A stretch of 64,000 nt of DNA, from contig CAWBKP010000024.1 of NCBI GenBank assembly GCA_963789395.1, positions 160,001 through 224,000 on the forward strand. Direction: 5' to 3'. Below are positions 60,546 to 64,000 of this stretch, one piece after another. Within the stretch, counting starts at the first letter, position 1, and the number at the start of each line of letters is the position of its first letter. Under the pieces are notes generated by a model, which was given only the letters and a program-made list of their open reading frames with translations, was not told the DNA's origin and searched no databases. This DNA is from an uncultured delta proteobacterium. Lineage in GTDB: Bacteria; Desulfobacterota; Desulfobacteria; Desulfobacterales; Desulfatirhabdiaceae. The translations under genes and the position numbers were made by a program.

Positions 60546-61574
60546 ATGACATTGCAAACCACCTGGTTTTTTCTTTGGGGCCTGTTATGGGCGATTTTTT
60601 TCATGACTGAGGGATTTGATTTCGGCGTGGGGACCCTGCTGCCGTTTCTCGGCAAAACAGATGACGAGAAGCGCATCATGATCAATGCCATCGGCCCGAC
60701 CTGGAACGGCAACGAGGTCTGGTTGATCACCGCAGGCGGGGTTACGTTTGCGGCTTTTCCAAAAGTCTATGCCGTCATGTTTTCATCGCTGTATTCTGCG
60801 CTGATGCTGATATTGTTTGCGCTGATTCTGCGGGGGGTTTCATTTGAATTCCGCAGCAAGGTGGAAAATCTTTCCTGGCGCAAATTCTGGGATGGATGCA
60901 GTTTTATCGGCAGTGCGGCCCCGGCGCTTTTATTCGGGGTTGCCTTTGCCAACATATTTCAGGGCATTCCCATCGACCAAAACGGGGTTTACCAGGGTAA
61001 TCTGTTTACGCTGCTGAATCCCTATGGTCTCTGCGGCGGCCTCCTGTTTCTGCTGCTGTTTCTGCAGCACGGCGCCCTGTGGCTGAGCATCAAAACCGAA
61101 AACGGACTGCAGCTGCGAGCGATTCAGACGGCAAACCGGTTGTGGCCGATCGTTCTGGCTGCAGCGGTCGTGTTTCTGGTTTTCAGCAAATTCGCCACCC
61201 GCCTTTATGATAATTATCTGCAGCGGCCGGTACTGTTTCTGGTCATCCTGACAACCGTACTTGCCCTTCTGGGAGTCAAATACTTTCTTAAAAATCAGCG
61301 ATATGGCCAAGCGTGGATCGCATCGGCAATAACCATCGTCGGCGCGACTTTTTTCGGCGTAATCGGGCTTTTCCCCAGTCTGTTTCCGTCCAGCATAGAT
61401 AAGGCGTTCAGCCTGACGGCATTCAACGCATCTTCCAGCCCCTTGACCCTTACCATCATGCTGGGCGTTGTCGCAGTCTTTATTCCGATTGTTCTTGTTT
61501 ATCAGGCCTGGACATACAACCTGTTCAAATCCAAAACAACGCACGAAGACCTGGCATATGAGGACGCCTATTAA
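60546..61574 (+). CDS. cydB: Cytochrome bd ubiquinol oxidase subunit II
   Basis: EGFDFGVG, IGPTWNGNEVWL, FAAFP, RGVSFEFR, ASSSPLTL. Confidence 0.96.
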   Translation: MTLQTTWFFLWGLLWAIFFMTEGFDFGVGTLLPFLGKTDDEKRIMINAIGPTWNGNEVWLITAGGVTFAAFPKVYAVMFSSLYSALMLILFALILRGVSFEFRSKVENLSWRKFWDGCSFIGSAAPALLFGVAFANIFQGIPIDQNGVYQGNLFTLLNPYGLCGGLLFLLLFLQHGALWLSIKTENGLQLRAIQTANRLWPIVLAAAVVFLVFSKFATRLYDNYLQRPVLFLVILTTVLALLGVKYFLKNQRYGQAWIASAITIVGATFFGVIGLFPSLFPSSIDKAFSLTAFNASSSPLTLTIMLGVVAVFIPIVLVYQAWTYNLFKSKTTHEDLAYEDAY

Positions 61575-61584
61575 CCCCGGCGGC

Positions 61585-61673
61585 GTCAGCGGATAGAAGA
61601 TGGATAAGTTGCGCTGGTTGCAAAGCTACTACTTGGCAACCAGCGCCTCTATCCAAAGGGCTGCAATGCTGAC
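61585..61673. terminator. Nested hairpin between convergent cydB and ferritin-like genes
   Basis: gcgctggttgc/gcaaccagcgc core, flanked by ggatag/ctatcc and gtcagc/gctgac. Confidence 0.55.
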
Positions 61674-61702
61674 TTTAACGAAGGGGAACGCAGCAGGAAC
61701 AA

Positions 61703-62203
61703 TCAGTATGGCCAGAAGCTGTTGTCGTTCCAGATGGCTTCGGTCAGTTCTCTGTCCAGCCGAGACAGCAGATCCAGATGCCGGGATTCCCAGCCTGCCA
61801 GCCACTGATAAACGGCCTTTTCCTGCGGATCATCGGTCAGTTTCGCCTGATCGGAATAAATTCTGATGGAGCGCTCTTCCATGGACATGGCGGCTGAAAT
61901 CGCCGCAGCCTCGAACCCTGCCGCAGCGATCTTGTCTCTGAGGTCAGCGGTGAGGATTTGTGATGCGGTCTTTTCTGTTTCATCTTCCGGCAGCGTTGTG
62001 GGGATGAACTTTCCGCGAGTCTGAAATGCCTTGTACTGCTCTGAAAGTATTTTTTCATGCTGCTCCTCTTCGGCTGCCATCATTTCGAAGAACTCCTTGA
62101 CAGCCGGAGTCTCGGATCTGCCGGCAACCTGTGAGTAGAAAGCCTTGCCGCGACGCTCCAGCAAGATGGCCTGTTTTAATATGGATACGGTATTATTCTG
62201 CAT
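61703..62203 (-). CDS. Rubrerythrin-like/ferritin-like protein
   Basis: AILLE..FY..EEEQH and AMSME..IY..WESRH; ends in FWPY. Confidence 0.85.
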   Translation of the reverse strand: MQNNTVSILKQAILLERRGKAFYSQVAGRSETPAVKEFFEMMAAEEEQHEKILSEQYKAFQTRGKFIPTTLPEDETEKTASQILTADLRDKIAAAGFEAAAISAAMSMEERSIRIYSDQAKLTDDPQEKAVYQWLAGWESRHLDLLSRLDRELTEAIWNDNSFWPY

Positions 62204-62220
62204 TTTAATTTTCCTTTCCC

Positions 62221-64000
62221 CTATGGCGAAGCCGCCAGGGCTTCAAGTGAAAAACTGGCTGATGGCGGTCCGGATTTCTGTTCTTCAGGGCTTTTCATTG
62301 CCAGTCGATCCGAAGGGATGCCGCCGACGGTCTCAAGTTCCGTGATGATTTTCCGGGCACGGTCTTCGGCAAGCATGGACAGTTCCCCTTCAGGTACGGA
62401 CTCACTGGCCAGGAGCTTTGAATAAATGGTTTCGGCAAGAACTCGGGGGATATCAGCCTTGTTTTGGGTTTCCTTTTCGATGGCTTGCTTCAGCCCATCG
62501 AAAGCAGGCGCGCCGGATTTTTCAATGAACATCTTTTCCAGCGCATGCCGGGTATTCGGTGCTGTGAAATCGACTGCTTCGAAAGCCGCTTTTTCTTCGC
62601 CTTTTGCCCCGATAAGGCCGGCAATCGCCTGTCGCAAGCGTTGCGCTTTAAGCGCGTCTCCATCGGCATCCGGGCTGTAATGACCCTGAACGCCAAGTTT
62701 GAGCTGTGGCCGGTTTTTCAACACGTCAGCCATTTGTTGGAGCTTTTCCATTTCCGGCGGCTGAAGCTCCGACGATCCCGGATCAAATTCTATAATGACC
62801 CGTGGCTCATCGCCCCCGCCAAACACAGACCCCAGAGCCCGAAACGGCGATGTCACGATTTTGGTCATCATATTCACCAGGGCTTTCCAGACAAGTTGCC
62901 CATAGCTGAATTGCGGGTCATTCAGGTTTCCGCTCACCGGCAGCCCGATATCGATGCGTCCGCTCGAATCCTTAAGCAGCGCGAGCGCCAGATCCAGCGG
63001 CAGGTTGACGGCATCCGGGCTGTCAACATGTTCCCCCAGGGTCAAATTGTCCACAATGATCTGGTTGTCGCCGATCAGTTTTCCATCCTGAATCCGGTAT
63101 TTCAGATCCGTTGAGAGCTTTCCCGATGTGATGCGGCGACCGGCGAATTTGCCGGAATAAGGCGTCAGTTTCGTCATTTCGACATTTTTAAAAACCAGGG
63201 AAAGGTCAGTGGATATCTCTGGATGAAATACATTGATTTTGCCGTTGATTTTAGCCATGCCGTACTGATCCACATGCCCTTCCAGCTGGACCTGGGAGGG
63301 TGAATCGCCGGCGGATGTGAGTCCGATGACCGTGCCTTTCAGATCATTAATCCGCGTCAGAAATTGCGGCCGCAGGCTTAAATCGGCAAAGGCCATATCC
63401 CCTTTTTCGATTTCAAGCTTTCCGATGCGAACCGGAAAAGCCTCCTGGCTCTTTTTGGAATCGGGTTCGGGTGAGGTTTTGGACTTTGCCTGGCCGGCCT
63501 GCGATTTAAACACTCTGGACAGGTTCAGGGTGTGATCCTGGCCAATGATAATTTCGCCGATCGGCTTCGAAAGCCGGATCTTTTCAATTTCCAGTTTATC
63601 GGGTTCAAGAGTAAGTCTGATCAGCGGAATATTCAAGCTGTCCCAGCCGATGAGGGGCTTTTGGACATCTGGTTCCGTAATCAGCAGTTTGTCCAGACCG
63701 GCGCTGCCGGCATAGGCGATTTTTGCGCCTGCTGCCTTGACGCCATATTTGAGATCGCCCTGAAGGGAAACGTCGCCGGACTTCAGGGTGACCGCTGCAA
63801 CAGGCTTCAGATAAGGCTGCAGTGGGGTCAGAGATATGGCTTTCAGGTTGAGATTCGCTTCAACAGAGGGAGTTGCCGGATCAACTGTGCCATGAACTGC
63901 CACGGTCGCCTCCTTGTTTCAGTGAAAAACCCGCTTCAAAATTCATGGGTGATTTGCCGTCCACATCCGAGAGTCGGCATGAAAGTGACTGGATGTTGAG
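62221..64000 (-). CDS. DUF748-domain envelope protein with OmpA-like C-terminal region; 5'-partial, frameshift near 63907
   Basis: FADLSLRPQF, LTPYSGKFAG..GKL, LPLDLALALLKD..IDIGLPVSG..DPQFS, FDPGSS; the frame continues to the window edge after removing one base. Confidence 0.8.

Overview
Ordinary chromosomal window from an anaerobic Desulfobacterota (Desulfobacterales-like) bacterium; the taxon is inferred from gene content. In order it holds: the end of a xanthine-oxidase-family (HcrA-like) molybdoenzyme subunit plus a MoeA-like gene; pyrD; a minus-strand branched-chain amino acid operon (ilvD-ilvB-ilvN-ilvC-cimA-leuA); purC and a ParB-like gene; an OFA-family MFS / TetR / acs / prpE-like carboxylate module; a SplB-like radical SAM gene and a nuclease; EF-G2; DAHP synthase; cooC with a HelY-like helicase; a TetR-SulP-multi-receiver signalling cluster; dnaG-rpoD-tRNA-Ile2-nif3-Zn ribbon-rnpB; SMS-type sufCB; a large HPr-domain protein; ispD; an AhpF-like reductase; yggL; a PP2C phosphatase; a GGDEF protein; tyrA; Rrf2-cydAB; and a DUF748 gene. 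I found no CRISPR array, integrase or transposase. The best-supported non-obvious signals are missing from the ORF track: an Ile/Leu/Val leader-peptide attenuator on the ilv operon, a Trp leader-peptide attenuator on a stand-alone DAHP synthase, a structured uORF coupled to leuA, a repeated candidate TetR operator, and dispersed heptamer-repeat hairpins. The best candidates for uncharacterised systems are the SulP phosphorelay with a pseudo-kinase and no DNA-binding output, and the 434-aa HPr-domain protein. At least seven genes carry 1-nt indels that most likely reflect long-read sequencing error.
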